Shown in pieces: positions 23,260 to 38,224 of a stretch of DNA of 64,000 nucleotides; position 1 is the first letter of the stretch; every line of letters starts with the position of its first letter. Under the pieces are notes generated by a model, which had not been told where the DNA came from, ran no database searches, and saw only the letters and a list, made by a program, of their open reading frames with translations. The translations under genes and the position numbers were made by a program. Source of the stretch: Schmidtea polychroa (Eukaryota). The stretch is taken from NCBI GenBank assembly GCA_044892525.1, contig CM097885.1, forward strand, positions 147,064,001 through 147,128,000, given 5' to 3'.

Positions 23260-23720
23260 TTAGTAAATTGCACGGAATTCCTGGAAATAATCCGCAATGA
23301 AGAATACGTCCTATTTCAGGTAATTTAACATTTTGTTGCTATTTCACTGAGTTCGAATTTGTTGAGCAGTAGCATATTCATCTCCAGATACAGAATCCCA
23401 GATAGAAGACAATTCAAAAGTTGATTCAAGGACCTAAACGATGTATCAAAGTCATAAGGAAAGATATCCTTGGAACTAACAATTGCGCCATCCAAAGCAG
23501 AAGTTAATAACTTTTACCAGTGATGAATTGACAAACTGCATGCTGTCAATAAGCATTGTCAATATACGCGATGAGAGAGATAAATATTTCAGTAGTAGTC
23601 GGAATAATATTTAATTCCCAAGAAGGAAAACTATTCAGACCATACTTCAAAATATGATGGAGATCATAACCCTCAAAATGTCAAATACAACACGTAACTA
23701 TTTCTGAATTCTTTGAGAAA
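23260..23720 (+). pseudogene. Possible Helitron helicase remnant
   Basis: FKDLNDVSKS...LTIAPSKAEVNNF resembles the Helitron PIF1-helicase segment (xPDL...AILAPxNxxVxxIN); heavily decayed. Confidence 0.3.
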
Positions 23721-24408
23721 CATTACAATTCCTATACACAGTACCGAGATACTTACCTCACGAGTGAGAATCGCTTATGGGGTTATAATTTAATTCACTT
23801 AAATAATTAGCGTATGTAATATCGTGGTTCCTTTTTGTATGAATTACACTACATTTTAAAAGGGCTAAAACGCTATATATAACACATTTTGTTTGTGTTT
23901 TGAATATTTACTACGGTATTTTAAGAAATTTAAACCGTTGGTAGTAGAATATAAGTATGGTCATCTAACTTATTTATCTTTGAAAATTTGTTATTATGAA
24001 ATCTAGTTCTTTGATTTTAACCATCTCTTATCTAATACCTAAATAATTGATTTTTTTTGATTTTATTATTTAATTTACTTAGCCTTCAATTAGAAAATTA
24101 TCCGAGTAAACTTGGGCACTATTAGAAAAAAATTGTTTCTAATTTCCCATTTTTCGCAAACCGTTTGAGAATTGTGAATTGAATGGTAGATTTGAATTAA
24201 ATTTTCCTTTTCCACATCAAATCTTAGATTTTTTTTACCTTAAAATCAATTTAAATTTCAACTTCGTCGTCAATACTGACCAAATCACCTACTTGAATAT
24301 TATTTGAAAGAACATCATCTCCGTCATTTCTTATAATAATTTGATCCATTTTAATAATTTTAGAGAAATCTTAATACCCAATACTAACAGGTCTTTTGAT
24401 TTATTATA

Positions 24409-24493
<85 letters not shown>

Positions 24494-24876
24494 GGATTCT
24501 CATCCGTTACAACATTAATATCTGGTTCCAAATCACTAAATAATTCAATAAATTTTATTCAATAAATTTTACACTCAAAAACTTGTCTTTTCTTGGTTTT
24601 GTTATTTAAACAAATTTCAATTTTTCTTTTAAAATATTTTTCAATAAAAATATTTTTTAAATTTAATAAAATTTCTAATTAAATCTTTACGAATCTATCA
24701 ACTTCCTCATATCCCCCTCCTTAAAAAATTTTTTAAGTTTTTCCACATATCTTTCAATCATTTTACCATTCTCGTTTCTTAAGATATATCGTCTGTCATG
24801 CACTTTCTCGATCACTTTATATGGTCACTCATAGCTGTCGTGGCTTTTGTTGCGCGTTTCTAATTTTACTCCGACG

Positions 24877-25560
24877 TCAAATTTCCTCCTTCTTTGTTCT
24901 TCTTGTTCTTCCTTTACCTGATTTTCTTTCGACCCGTACCATTTTTCCCTGCAAGTCTTTTTTTTCAAAAACTATCTCTGCCGGGCTTTTTCCTGTCGTT
25001 TTTTGTTTGGTTGCATTTAATGTAAATGCGACTTCTGGTAGTATCTCGGCCCAATCCGTCTTATTTCTATCTCGTAAAGTAGTATTTATCAGTTCTCGTA
25101 TTGTCCTGAATTGCCTTTCTATCTGTCCATTTGTTTGGTGATGGTATGGACTCAAAAGCCATAACTTAATGTCAAGTTTCTTTGTGAATTCTCTCATCAT
25201 TCCTGATTCAAACGCTTTCCCACAATCAACTCTTATCTCCTTTGGGCATCCAAATATTAAAATCCATTTTTCTAAAATCGTTTTCTTTATTGATTCCTCG
25301 TCTTGTCTTGACATAGCTGTCAAGACTTGATACTTACTATACTGGTCTATTATACCCAATTTATACTTTTTACGTCCTCTTGTTTCTTGCATTGGTCCAC
25401 ATATATCCACGATATATCCTGTTTTTTTACTGGTTCCTTCGTTATAATTGTTATAGCCTTGGTGTTTTGAGAAGTCTCCTGAATCTGACTCTACAGTTTT
25501 TTTCCAATATATCTATCTTGCATATAATCAGCTATCTTCTTGACTCTAGCATAACACAAT
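24877..25560 (-). pseudogene. Gypsy integrase
   Basis: DICGP, IIDQYSKY, RVDCGKAFES, SPYHHQTNGQIERQFRT (DDE core). Confidence 0.85.
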
Positions 25561-25734
25561 AGTCTATGTATTTCCTTTATGGTTTCTTGTATCTCGTTTT
25601 CTGGTATCATCGTTTTCTTTCGTAATTCTTCTTCCAAATTTATTTGTTGATTGTTGCTTCTACTTTCTTCTCTAGTAATCTAGTTTTTATCTTTCCTTTC
25701 TTAGCTTCTTCGTGAGCCATTTGGAAATATGGAA

Positions 25735-26640
25735 GGAGCCACCTGGTGATGCAGCAATTCCAAACGGCATTCTATTGAAACAGTATTGCCCTTTCTTTGT
25801 TGAGAAGGCTGTTTTCTCTTGCTCTTCTTCGTCTAACCGCATTTGGTAATATGCATTACCAAGATCGATTGAGTTAAATAAATGGAACATCCTAACAAAT
25901 CTAACATCTCGTCTATGTTTGGCATTGGGAATGCCTGCCTCTCTGTTACTGCATTCAGCTGTCTGAAATCCAAGCATAGCCTAATCTTTGTTCTCTTTTT
26001 TCTATACGCAGAATAACGGCGTGTTTCATGGGAAGTTGCATTTCCGTATAATTCCATTTTCGTATAAATTTTGTATTGCTTCTTCAATTTTTGTTTCCAA
26101 ATTCAACGGTTGACGATATGGTTTTAGGGGTATTGGTTAATCTCTTGTAATTATCTTATGTTTTACTAAATGCGTTCGACCCACATCCCTTTTATCTGCC
26201 ATAAACACGTTTCCACTGTTCGTTATTATTTCCTTTAATTTACTATTCTCGTTAATCTTTAGATGTTCCAACGCTCGCGTCAATCGTTCTTCATCCTTTA
26301 TTTGTCTGCCGAATTTTGCTTCAATGTTACAAATATAGTTCTTGTCTTTTTCACTATATTCGATATCTTTCTTTTTTGCCAGTCTATATCCAAATGATTC
26401 TTGTAATTCTACTCCTCCAATCACCTCTGGTGTCACTTTCTCCGCCACAATGAATCTAACTTCCTTGGAAATATCTCCGATAGTTACTTTAACCTTTGTC
26501 TCTATCGTACTTTCGTTTGCACATCATAACTTATCGTCGTTTCTCATCAATTGTTGTCCTCGTAACTAGTTAAAACAGTTAACACTCATTACATTTATTC
26601 GTGCTCCGGTATCTAATAAACAGTCGAAAATTTCCCCATT
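25735..26640 (-). pseudogene. Gypsy protease and truncated reverse transcriptase
   Basis: FDCLLDTGARINVMS near 26590-26635; LCLDFRQLNAVT, AFPMPNIDEML, IDLGNAYYQ, FCFNRMPFGIA-like segment, then an abrupt junction at ~25735. Confidence 0.8.
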
Positions 26641-26896
26641 CATCATTACTGTTACACTAGTTCTTCCCTGTAGGTTGTTATACACAATTTCTACCTCCTG
26701 CCCCGTTTCAATTGTTCCAATTCTTTCCACTTTTCTCTCCTTAGGAACCTGTATACTTTCTCACTTAACCTTCCTACATTCTCCCACTTTTCTACCCCTT
26801 GAGGATATCCCATCCACTTTCCTGTTAGTATATGGCTCCAACCAACTCCTCTACTGGTGGAGCCCTGTTGTTTAGGTACGTCCTAATAAATTATCT

Positions 26897-27828
26897 TCAT
26901 TTGTCTCTACGCACGATTCCATTAATCCGTCTGTATCTGTTTCCTGTTGGTCTTTGTTTCTCTATCGTTTTCTTGTAACTCGACTTTGTATAACATTCTT
27001 CAGATCTCTGACCATTTTTGTTGCATCTTTTACACCGTATTTCTTGACATAACCATCTTATATAACCTTTCTCACAACCAAAACATCTTGGCACTTCTTT
27101 ATCTGGACAATTATTACTTATATATCCCCTTCTGCACTCTATCTTACTTTTTACTGGACAGTCTATTTTCGTGTGGCCTATTTTGTGCCTTATCCAGCAC
27201 TCTAGTTTTTCTCGTTACCTGCCTTATTCTTTTCATCTTTCTGCGTGTACTGTCATCTTCTTTGTGGATCCTAATAGACCACTCTTGAATTACTTTTCAT
27301 AGCGTTTATCTGATCTCTCTGTTTGCCCACTTTATCCATCAGAATTAATGTTTCCTTTATCTCCTCTGTGCTTTTTATCTTCCGCAATATTACGTCTTTC
27401 TCAACTTCTTTATTCTCAGCACATACTATCAACATCTTTGCTATTATTTTCTCTTTGGTGAATTCTTTATTCTCAACCAACCTGTCGACAAGCTCCTCCA
27501 CTTTTTTAAAATATGTTTCAATCTCTTCGCCTCTTCTTTTACAATTCAATAAACTTTCCATATCCTTTATTACGTCTCTTTCGTAATCAAATGCCATTCG
27601 TAAACTGGCTTGAAATCCTTCTCCTTTTTTAACTGTCTTTGCATATTTCTCCAATAGATCCTCGTCGATCATATATGCAGTCAATCTTTCCTGTTCTTTT
27701 TTATTGATGCCTTTAGCATCGAAATAAATCTCGCATCTTCTAATGAATTTTTCCAAGTCATCACCTTGACAAAGCACCCTTGGCAACAATCTTTCATTAA
27801 TCGCGTCGGTGTTTACCGCTGCCACCAT
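26897..27828 (-). pseudogene. Gypsy gag with degenerate zinc knuckles
   Basis: ATG at 27828-27826 in frame with ORF 27271-27870; CFGCEKGYIRWLC and CKRCNKNGQRSEEC in 26897-27094. Confidence 0.75.
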
Positions 27829-30148
27829 ATTAGGATTCTCATCCGTTACAACATTAATATCTGGTTCCAAATCACTAAATAATTAAAGAAATTTTATTCA
27901 AGAAATTTTACACTCAACAACTTGTTTTTTCTTATTTTTGTTATTTAAACAAATTTCGATTTTTTTTTAATATTTTTCGATAAAATTATTTTTTAAATTT
28001 AACAAAGTTTCTAATTAAATCTTTAAGAATCTTTCAACTTCCTCGTCATCATTATTTTTGGTGATCGTTAGCTGTATGCTCACTGCAAACTATGTGGTAT
28101 TTTCCATTTATTAATATTATAATTATGGCTAATCACGCTTTAACACAGATGTTTAGCAAACATCTATATGTTACTTTTTCAATAAATTGGAAATTTTCAG
28201 TAATTTCAGTAATTTTCAGTAATTTCATATATTTGTGTAGACCATTCGGTAATATTATTGTTGAACAAAAAATGTGGGTTGTGATCAAAATGGGAAACAC
28301 CAAGTAAACATCATAAAAGAGATATTATAACGCCAAAAATAGAAAAGACGAAAGTAAAGTAAATTAATAACAAAAGCAAGAATATATAGAACAAAACAAA
28401 CAAACATAACACATGTTAGATGACAGTCGCAGGCCGATTAGCACATTTGTCCTAACAAGCAATTATGGGACTGGGCAGAATAAATTTAGAGTAAATGTGT
28501 ACAGTGAGAATCAATAAAAGCCAGTTGAATTATCAAAAAAATCATACAATCCAATTGAGAGCCAAAAAAATTAACCAAATCCCATCAATAATCTATGTGA
28601 CTTAATTATCCTTGGTGACTTAATTCAATTCTATTTTATTATGACAATTTAATTTTATTTGTCTGTGTCGAAAATGTATTATTGTATTCATATGGTGGTA
28701 GTGTGACAATTCAATTTCAGTCAATTGGTGATCAAATGTGACTTAATTATTTTTATTTATCTTATAGATTTATATTTTATGGTGTAAATAATGGTTAATC
28801 TTTTAATTTTATATATTGTAAATAATTGAGTTTTTATAATTTAGAGACGGAAATTACTTTAATCAAAAATTTGTTAAAATAACAAAATAAATTTTTAAAA
28901 TACAAAAAAAACAAAACAAATATGGAGAAATTCTTTTAAGAAAACACATGGAGGAATTGAAAAATAAATAAAGAGTTCCTTTCAAAACAAATAAAAGGCT
29001 TTTAATATTGAATCTATAACTTTTAAATAAATAATTTTAAAAGCAAAAATAAAAACAAATAAATTTAATTTGGTATAAATAGGGCCAGTAAATTCAGTTC
29101 AATCACCCCAAAAAATTAAGTCGTAAGCAGACTAGTAAATTTTGGAAGGAAATCCTTTGAAAACTTTTAAATTAGGACAGTACAAAATATAAAAGAATTT
29201 TAGTTGATACACAATAAATTTTTTTTGCATAAATAATAAAACAAGCACATACTGTCAAACAACACAAAAATACACACACGCATCTATCTGATAAATTAAA
29301 GTCATTCAACAATAAAAGCTTTTCATTTAAGGTGAATATTATTTTATTTAAATAAACATTTATAACCGGNNNNNNNNNNNNNNNNNNNNNNNNNNNNNNN
29401 NNNNNNNNNNNNNNNNNNNNNNNNNNNNNNNNNNNNNNNNNNNNNNNNNNNNNNNNNNNNNNNNNNNNNNNNNNNNNNNNNNNNNNNNNNNNNNNNNNNN
29501 NNNNNNNNNNNNNNNNNNNNNNNATCTCAAATAGTGAGACCTCAACACACAAATAACATATAGAAAGTAAACAAAGTCATATTAATGGCAATAAAAGAAA
29601 CGAGGAACTGGAAATGAAAAGATTTCCACAAAAACACTAGAATATTCTATAAAAATGGTGAATTCAAATCTGGTGCTGACATGAGCAACAACTAAATATA
29701 ACAATAAAATTTAGAAAATTAAATCATAAAAAAATAATAAAAAAAACTTGAATATTAAAAGAAAGAGGAATGATAAAATAAAACTATTAGAAATAGCATA
29801 AAATATTCTCAAAAATGGCCATATCCATCAAGGTAGCGAATTTAATTAAAATTAAATAAAATATTAAAATTAGAAAATGAGATAAATCATAAATAATAAA
29901 AGCTCGCCATCAAAATTGATAAAAATTGAGATAAAAATTAAATATAGTTAAAATAATTCGAATTTTTTTTTATTGTATCAGTGCACACACACAAAAATTA
30001 TGATATATAAGTAGACGCATTTCCGTTTTAAATCAGTAATTTTGGGGCGATCAAATTTTATTTAATTGATCTATAGTACAGTCAGACTATATATATATAT
30101 ATATATATAATATAAAATTAGACTAATTTTTGGTAATAAGAAACTAAG

Positions 30149-30226
30149 AGATCCTCGTCGATCATACATGCAGTCAATCTTTCCTGTTCTTTTTTATTGA
30201 TGCCTTTAGCATCGAAATAAATCTCG
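30149..30226 (+). repeat. 78-bp isolated copy of the Gypsy gag segment 27656-27733
   Basis: Near-identical AGATCCTCGTCGATCATA...CGAAATAAATCTCG. Confidence 0.85.
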
Positions 30227-30559
30227 AAATAAATACCTTAATGACCAGTGGCCTATAGGTAACTAACAAATAAGCTACGAATTGACAACTTCTCGACATG
30301 TTTGAATAGAATAGTACAGAAATCTATTGATTTAGATGAAGAAAACTATATGTGTTGAGCAATTTAAATGTCGAGATTTTATTACAGAAAAATCGTTCGT
30401 AAAAGTATATTTTGTAATTTAATTACATTTACTTAATTTTTAATTATTACCATAATTTCTCATAAAATATCGATTGTTCAAAATATCTTAGCTTAAATCC
30501 CTGAGACCATCAAAAGACATAGACTTTTTGAACGAGAGTCTAACTCTAGTACAAAGGTT

Positions 30560-33390
30560 TTACAGACCTTAAATTACTTTGGTTCTTTATAACGAGAACC
30601 TAAATCTAATACAAAAATTCTTGGGTCCTAAAAACACTGGTGTTTTAGCAAGAGTTGAATTTCGTATACAAAAATTCCCAGAGGTCAAAAATATCCCATC
30701 ACTACAGTATGATTTTGAAAAAAAATCTGTACCCCTCTGGAGCAATGAAAAACCCTGTAGCTCACTGGAGTATAAGAGCGGGTAGGGGTACTGTCGCAGG
30801 AGCTAACATCTTCCTACTCATTTCTTTTTCTAAAACCATTGATCAATATATATTGATTTAAACATTTATATAAATATTTAACAAAATATTGATCAGCAGC
30901 TTTAGAAGAATAATTTAAATAAGTGAAATCGAAAAAGTATAAAAGAAAATATTTACTATACTTAATTTTAGTGTGAAAGAATATAATATTTATTACAGGT
31001 TAATCGAAATGTATGTCTGTATAAATAAATTGTATAAATAATAGAAATAATTAGAAATAATATTCAAACTGTGAGATAGAAATTTCAATAAATTTAAAAA
31101 TAAAAATTATCAAAAACTGTAAAAATTTAAATTTATAAAAATATAAAATTTAGTAATGTTATTAAAAAAAATTTAACAAACAACTTAACAAACAAATTTT
31201 TTATGTAAAAACGAATGATTCAATAAACTACATAAATAAACGTCTTACATTCACAAAGTCATTTATTTAATTATTAATAGGTTTAATTTATTATTTTTTC
31301 ACATACAATATGAAATATAAATATTTTGTTATTTATTAAAATATTAAAATCTTGGTGGTTAATAATAAGAATAAATAAATAAATAAAAATAACAAATAAT
31401 CGAATAACAAAAATAAAAATATCACATACAGCACACCTACCACATAGACCTCTGGCCTACCTCGAATCCCATAGATCCCCGAGAAGCACCCCTGTAATCA
31501 ATCGCCTTCACTTTGAGTTTCTATTCCAGGCTTCCATTTTTTCGACTCGCAAGTCACGGTGATCAATTGCGATGGTATGGCTTTGTGCAAAAATCTCCCG
31601 ATCCTGTAATATAAATAAGCTCAAGATTTACAAACTTCCCACTCTGACATCAATCGCAACAAACTCGATTTATTCCACCAACACTCGTTCACTCATCATA
31701 CCTGGGAATTATCCAGGCTTGTCCTCCAAGCATTCCAACATTGTGTTGTGAAATAGGTTGTGCCGAAAATTCGTGAATTTTAAAAAAAACATCGAAATCT
31801 TTAATAATTCATAGTCAAAAATTTTTATTAATATTTATATTATTATTAATAATAAATTAATATTTATTATTTCATTTTGAAAAGTTATATTCAAATTCCC
31901 AGACAAAAATATTATTTGATTTCTAATGTATATTATAACTTTGATTATTTACTTTAAAAAAAGTCAGCAAAACTTGTACATTATATTCGGCAAGCACTCA
32001 AGCGCGTCCGACTTTCTTTTAAGTCTCTCTTTTTTTGTCGCCTATTTGATAAACTTGCCTCTCTAAAACCCGGCATTTAACAACATGACAAAGATTTAAA
32101 CTAAGATTTATTTATTTACATTGAACCAAAGGATCCGTTCCGGTTTTTGGGAATGCACACTTTGCCATGAACCCAAAACCGCGCTCACTCTGCCTTCCCT
32201 GGCCTGTTCTTCACCTTACTGCTATGTTTGCGTGTTTTATTCTGATGCATTTCATCGCGTTACTTAAGGATGAGTATGCGGTCAATCTTTTGCATAACAA
32301 TTGTTTTATTTCAAAAAATTTATTTATTTGTAGATTTTAAGAAATAATATCATTAAAACTCTACTTTTCTCTTATTTTACTATATTTTAAATATTTTTTA
32401 AAATATTTATGCATTTTAAAACACAGTTATTATACATTTAAATTTAGTGCAAACTTTATCCACTATTTCATATTATTTTATTGAAACATTTTTATTATTA
32501 TTTATGAAAAAATGAAATAAATTTCCATTAAAAACTAGTTCAAAAAAATTTGCAATCAAATTTTATTATATTAGCTTTTCTCAGATGATAGCGTTTTTAG
32601 AAAATATATTACATTAAATATTTTCATTTTTAAAATTATTACTTTAATTTACTTAATTTTAAATTTTATTTATTTCAAAATTATTACTTATTTATTTTAA
32701 TTTCCCAGACGACATCAAAATATGTTAAATTAATTTACTTTTTAAAATTACAATATTCTAATTTAAATTGCATTACATTATTGCAATACATTATCTTAAT
32801 TTACTTTTTTAATTAATATAAACTTAATTTCTCAGTCGATAGCACTTCTTAAAATTTAGTACTTATTTAGTACTTAATTTTGAATACTTTTTTTACTTTA
32901 ATTTAAAATTAATTCTTTAATTTAAATATAATACCATCATTTCTCAGAAGTCATCGTTTCTTAAAAATAACTTACCATAAATTACGGTACAAAATACCGC
33001 CTAATTATAGTGATACATATTGACATAAAAACATTTCGTCACTGCAGCAAAAGTTTTTTTTATCTTTTTTCTATAAATTTATTTTTATTGTTAAAAAACT
33101 AGCTAGAGTTTTTTAATTGAAGAACCTAAATCGAATACAAAAAAATCCTGGGACACAAATATACTTTGGCTTTTTAGCGAGAGCTAGATTTTATATACAA
33201 AATAATACAAAATAACATAGCGTGATTTTGAAAAAAAATCCTGTAGCCCCCTGGAGCAATTAAAGAAATCCTGTATCCTTTTGGAGCAATTGAAAAAAAA
33301 CCTTTAGCAAAATACAGCAATTGAATAAACCCTGTAACCCTTTGTAGCAGTGGGAAAACTATGAGGTCCACTGGAGCACTAGTGGGACAG
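30560..33390 (+). repeat. Dispersed repeat pair (~30560-30800 and ~33100-33390) with internal ~30-bp subrepeats
   Basis: Both contain GAACCTAAATCxAATACAAAAA and units like AAAxCCTGTAGCCCCCTGGAGCAAT; probably a MITE family. Confidence 0.6.
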
Positions 33391-36300
33391 GAAGGGGAAT
33401 ATTGCTTCAAAAATATTGACTTCAAAATTATAAGAAATTATTTAATTAAATAATAATATTTATTTCAATGAAAATAAATGTTAATTGAATTAATATCAGT
33501 AGACAAATTTGAGAAATAATTTCAAAATTTCATCAAAATAATAACCATAAAAATTTACTTTCATTTATAAATATTTAAAATATAGAAATATAATTACTAT
33601 TTATTGTATTTTGTGTAATATAATTCCCTTTAATAATGAAAGAGTACACTTTGCTCGGAGAAATTGCAAATTATAAACATTTATAGCAAATTTAAAATAA
33701 TTGCAAAATTGAACGATTAATAAATCAAGTTTGTTTTAATTTGTGATTTTATAAAAGTAAAAAATATTATGATTTACTGTCTTTTTCCTTTTATGAAGCT
33801 TCAAATGTGCTTAAAATTTATAGATATAAATAATTGCAATTCTACATAATAGAAATGTTTATAAATTAACTGGGAGTTAAACATTTTATTTATAATTAAA
33901 ATCAATTAAACCAAGAAATTTGTTTTATTGTGATTTTAGATCATGTTTCTTATTAAATTCCATTTTAATCCTTTTGTTTGTGCAATATAAAGAGCTTTCA
34001 TAATTTTGGCATTGGTGTCCTGGATACTATTTTAATGCTATCAATGCATTTCTCAAACGCTTTAAGTACAATTTCTTATATAAAATAAATTATTTATTAT
34101 TCATTTATGCTGGGTTGTCAGCCGTATAAATTTGATATATAGTATAACAATTAATTTTTTCCGGTGTACATGATTTTAGAAAATAATATTAAAATGTAGA
34201 AATGTTTTTTTATCAATTTGTTAATACAGTAAAACCTCGATCATACGAAATATTGGGATATCAGAATTAGGTTCTAATTATCGAGGTTTCAAATTATAAG
34301 AATTAACGAATATATATAAATTTTTGTTGACATGATATTTTTTTTTGTCAATTACCAAATGTTTTTTAGATGTTAGATTTATATTAAGAATGAAAATGTT
34401 TGTTTGCTGTGAAGTACCAATGAAGTACCAACTACCAGGTACTAAAAATATCAACAATTAGATATTGACATCTAGTTACTAACAAAAAGGTACCAAATAC
34501 CAGGAACCAACAACTAGTTCCTAACCACTACGAAATAACTCAAACAATATCAATTAAATCACATAAAGAAAATACAAAAAATCAATAATAAACTTTATTA
34601 AATATGAATCATCTAAGATCTGCATTTAAGACAATAAATATTTTCAAAAAAATCTAGTAAATAATTTATTTAGATTAAATAAATAAATTGAAATAAAATA
34701 ATTTTAACTAAAATGAAGACGAAGAATTGAATGAATTACAAGAAATTAAAGATTACAAAGTTTATTAGTGATTTTATCTTATTTCTTTACCTGATTGTTT
34801 GTTGAATTTATTACTATGATTATTATTATTTTTATTCACAAAAATTTATTTCATTTAAATTTGCATAAAAACCATCTTTGAAAATCATTACATTAAAATT
34901 TGCTTCTAAATTTACCTTTGAAAAAAATTTGAATTAAAATTTTATCCTTGTAAATTATTGCATCAAAAATTTCATTAATTTTTTAAATTTCTCAGAAAAC
35001 TTCAATTCTTAAAAATATCCTACAGTAATTTTAAATTATTACTCTAATTTACTTTAATTTACTTTAATTTCTCAGAAGACATCGTTTCTTGAAAATATAC
35101 TACTATTTTAAATTATTTTACTTACTTAAAAATTATTATTTATTTACATGAAATTCCCAGAAGACGTCATTTCTTAAAAATATCTTAAATTAATTTACTT
35201 CTTTTTAAAATTATTACTTTACTTATTTAAAAATAAGTACTTTAATTTCTCAGGTTCCCTAATTTAATGCCAAAAAAACACTTTACATTCCTTTAAAATT
35301 GTTACTTTACTTATTCAAAAATTACTTTAATTTATTTTAATTTATTTATTTACTTTAATTTTTCAGAAGACGTCGATTCTTCAAAATATGTTACATTCAA
35401 AACATTACTTATTTAAAAATTATTAGGATTATACCTATCTTCTTATCTACCTACTTATTCTATATGATAGAATATTGAAGAAGTAAAAATGTATTAACTT
35501 TTCATCAATGCAATGTATTTTTAAAATTGTGCTAAAAATATGAAAAAATATATAAATGATATTATAATTATTTAAAATATGAATTGATATATTAAAATAT
35601 ATAGTACTCAGTAGGTTTGAAAAATGAAAAGGAAAGAGCTAATCAAGATGTTTTCCTATCATCCATTTTAATGAACACATTTTTCAAATTAACTGTTTAA
35701 TATTTGATAATACAGAAAGAAAGTGCAGATAGTATAACTAGTTTGTCTACAACGTTTACTGGATTTCGTAAAGGAATTGTTGCAAATAATAACGTGAAAG
35801 AGGTATTTCGTTTCTTCTCTGAATATGAAACATACAGGGATACTGAATTATGAAAACGTTACATAAATTTGGTTAAGAATTATCCAAATAATTTAAAAAT
35901 GAATTTTTCGACTTGAATTAATTTACATAACTTTTAAAAGGGGAACAGAATACATCAGAGAATGGAATGATCAAAATATTGGATAAGGGTGGACAAACTG
36001 TTAGAGCCTTTCCTTATGTAAAATTACACTCTTACAAACTGAAAAGAAAGGTTATTTTCTACTTACTTTTTACTTATTTTTTCAAATACACACTTAATTA
36101 ATTGAAATGGACAAGTGTAAACCATTCAAATATTGAAAAAAGTAACGTGTCATAATGATGATTGCCAGCATCAAAGATTCCACAAGTGTGACATGAAGCG
36201 CTGTATTGTAGACTACGAAGCCGTGGACGTTTAGTTACAGTAAACGCTTTTATTGCTTTTATATTAAGTTGGTACGAAAATTCGTCTATTTTTTCATTTA

Positions 36301-36727
36301 TTCACTAACCTANNNNNNNNNNNNNNNNNNNNNNNNNNNNNNNNNNNNNNNNNNNNNNNNNNNNNNNNNNNNNNNNNNNNNNNNNNNNNNNNNNNNNNNN
36401 NNNNNNNNNNNNNNNNNNNNNNNNNNNNNNNNNNNNNNNNNNNNNNNNNNNNNNNNNNNNNNNNNNNNNNNNNNNNNNNNNNNNNNNNNNNNNNNNNGAC
36501 AGTGATTTATAAATATTAAATAAAAAATTTTCATTAAAATAAATTTAGGACTAATGTTTATATTTAGCTTCAATTATTCATGTAGGAAAAATAGAAGATA
36601 TTTCATATATTTACATAAACTCTCTCATTCTATACGATGGATTAATATTGAAATATTAACCAATCACAATCGCCTGTGAATCCTTTAATAAACAATGTAA
36701 TTTTTTCTTTCAATATAATATTTCCTA

Positions 36728-37226
36728 ATGATGCATGAATCAAACGATCTGATTTTCATTGATCAATCCGCAAATTCATCACCGAAAAAATTCTTCAAAC
36801 AACAACAATGTCAAATAATCTATCCAAAAGAAGTTCCGAAAATTTCATTGTCAATTCCTGAGCAGCATTCGTATTTTCCTACAAGACATTCTGTCAGTTT
36901 TGAAATACCAAAAATTCGATTGGAGAACATGGCGAATAAAGTTTCATGTCATTCTGACGAAACCGACAACGGATCCAGACGATTCAGTGATTTGAGTAGT
37001 GGCTTGAAAACCAGTTCAAGGAATATCAAGCCAGTGCATCTCGTGAAGCAGGAAGCAATCTGTGAGTCTCAAGCAGCCTCGAAGGAAAGTCTTCGACTAA
37101 TTAAATCTATGAATAACAGTCCAAATCTCTCTGGGTCGATTATTGAGTTTTACAAAAAGAAATTCTCATTAACTGGCATTGATGCCATTAGTTTGGATTA
37201 TATGCGAGCAAATGGAAATCTTCGAG
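36728..37226 (+). CDS. Probable host-gene coding exon, product unknown
   Basis: ATG ORF with balanced composition (Ser-rich, SLTGIDAISLDYMRANGNLR) ending at a canonical donor CGAG|GTATTT; no transposon motif. Confidence 0.55.
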
Positions 37227-38224
37227 GTATTTATTAAAAGTATTTATTAATTGTTCGCAACTTATATATTCACAATGCATTTTTTTAAATTTTTAAATAC
37301 GTTTATAAATGTTAAAATTAAATTAAGAAATTATTTTTTAAATAATTTTATAAAGTTTATATTTAAATTAACAGGTTTTTGTCATCAAAAGAAAAATAAT
37401 AATAAAATTAATAAATATAAAATGGTGTTTTTGATCAATTGTTGACAAAACAACAAATTTAATTAAAAATTTTATTAATATATTGTTTAATTTAAATATT
37501 TCTCATTATTAATTATTAAAATTACTTTGTGAAAATCAATAATAATTTGTTTGACTTTTTATGCAAAATTCAAATTTATTTTTTATGTACATTATAAAAT
37601 TTGATATTTTTGAGAAAATTTCAGTGAATTTCAAACTCTTTTTTTTCATTTTTGTAGTATTTTTTGCTTTTCGTCAAGATAAGTGCTTCTCAGATATTAT
37701 CGGCCTACTTGAGTAAAGCTTATTATTATGAAATCCACTAGTTTCTTTCATAACTTACATTTGAAAATAAGTTGTTTTAAAGCCAAAAGTGAGCACCAAT
37801 GCCGAATTGAGTCATATTCTAAAAAAGCAGCGCCTTGCATGAAAAAACCAATATGGATAAAAGATTTTTATTAAATTAACAACAAAAATTAAAAAAAGAC
37901 TAGTCTAAAACTTCAAGACTGCTTAAATGTTATGAGAGTCTTCCTCATAAGTTTAGAAGAAAAGTGGCAGTATGATACGCATAGGTCTTTTGCATGTATA
38001 AAATTATTTGAATTCCAACCACATTAAAAATTGGTTTGTCCAGAATATAAAGTTCTTTTTTTTCGCTTTAGTAGTTTCAGTTTTCAATTTTATATTTATA
38101 GTCATCATGTAATTGCTGGCTCTTAGTAGTTCTTATACCATTTTGAGTTATTATTATTATCAGTCACCTATATAAAATAAAATAAAAATAATTAACACAA
38201 AACTAATCTGTCTTTGAAAAGTGA

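Larger units (their letters stand above)
24489..28048 (-). mobile_element. Ty3/Gypsy LTR retrotransposon, internally deleted (non-autonomous)
   Basis: ~220-bp LTRs at 27828-28048 and 24489-24711; PBS TGGTGGCAGCGG (27827-27816); PPT AAGGAGGGGGA (24722-24712). Order gag, zinc knuckles, protease LLDTGA, RT N-terminus (LCLDFRQLN, RMPFG), integrase. RT core and RNase H are missing. Confidence 0.9.

Noticed and set aside
31420-32290. GC-richer patches with GT-AG-like boundaries on the minus strand
   Set aside because: Every splicing attempt met stops and no family motif was recognisable; may be decayed exons but unsupported.
33235-33390. CRISPR-like repeat-spacer array
   Set aside because: Degenerate ~30-bp tandem units without unique spacers, no cas genes, eukaryotic context.
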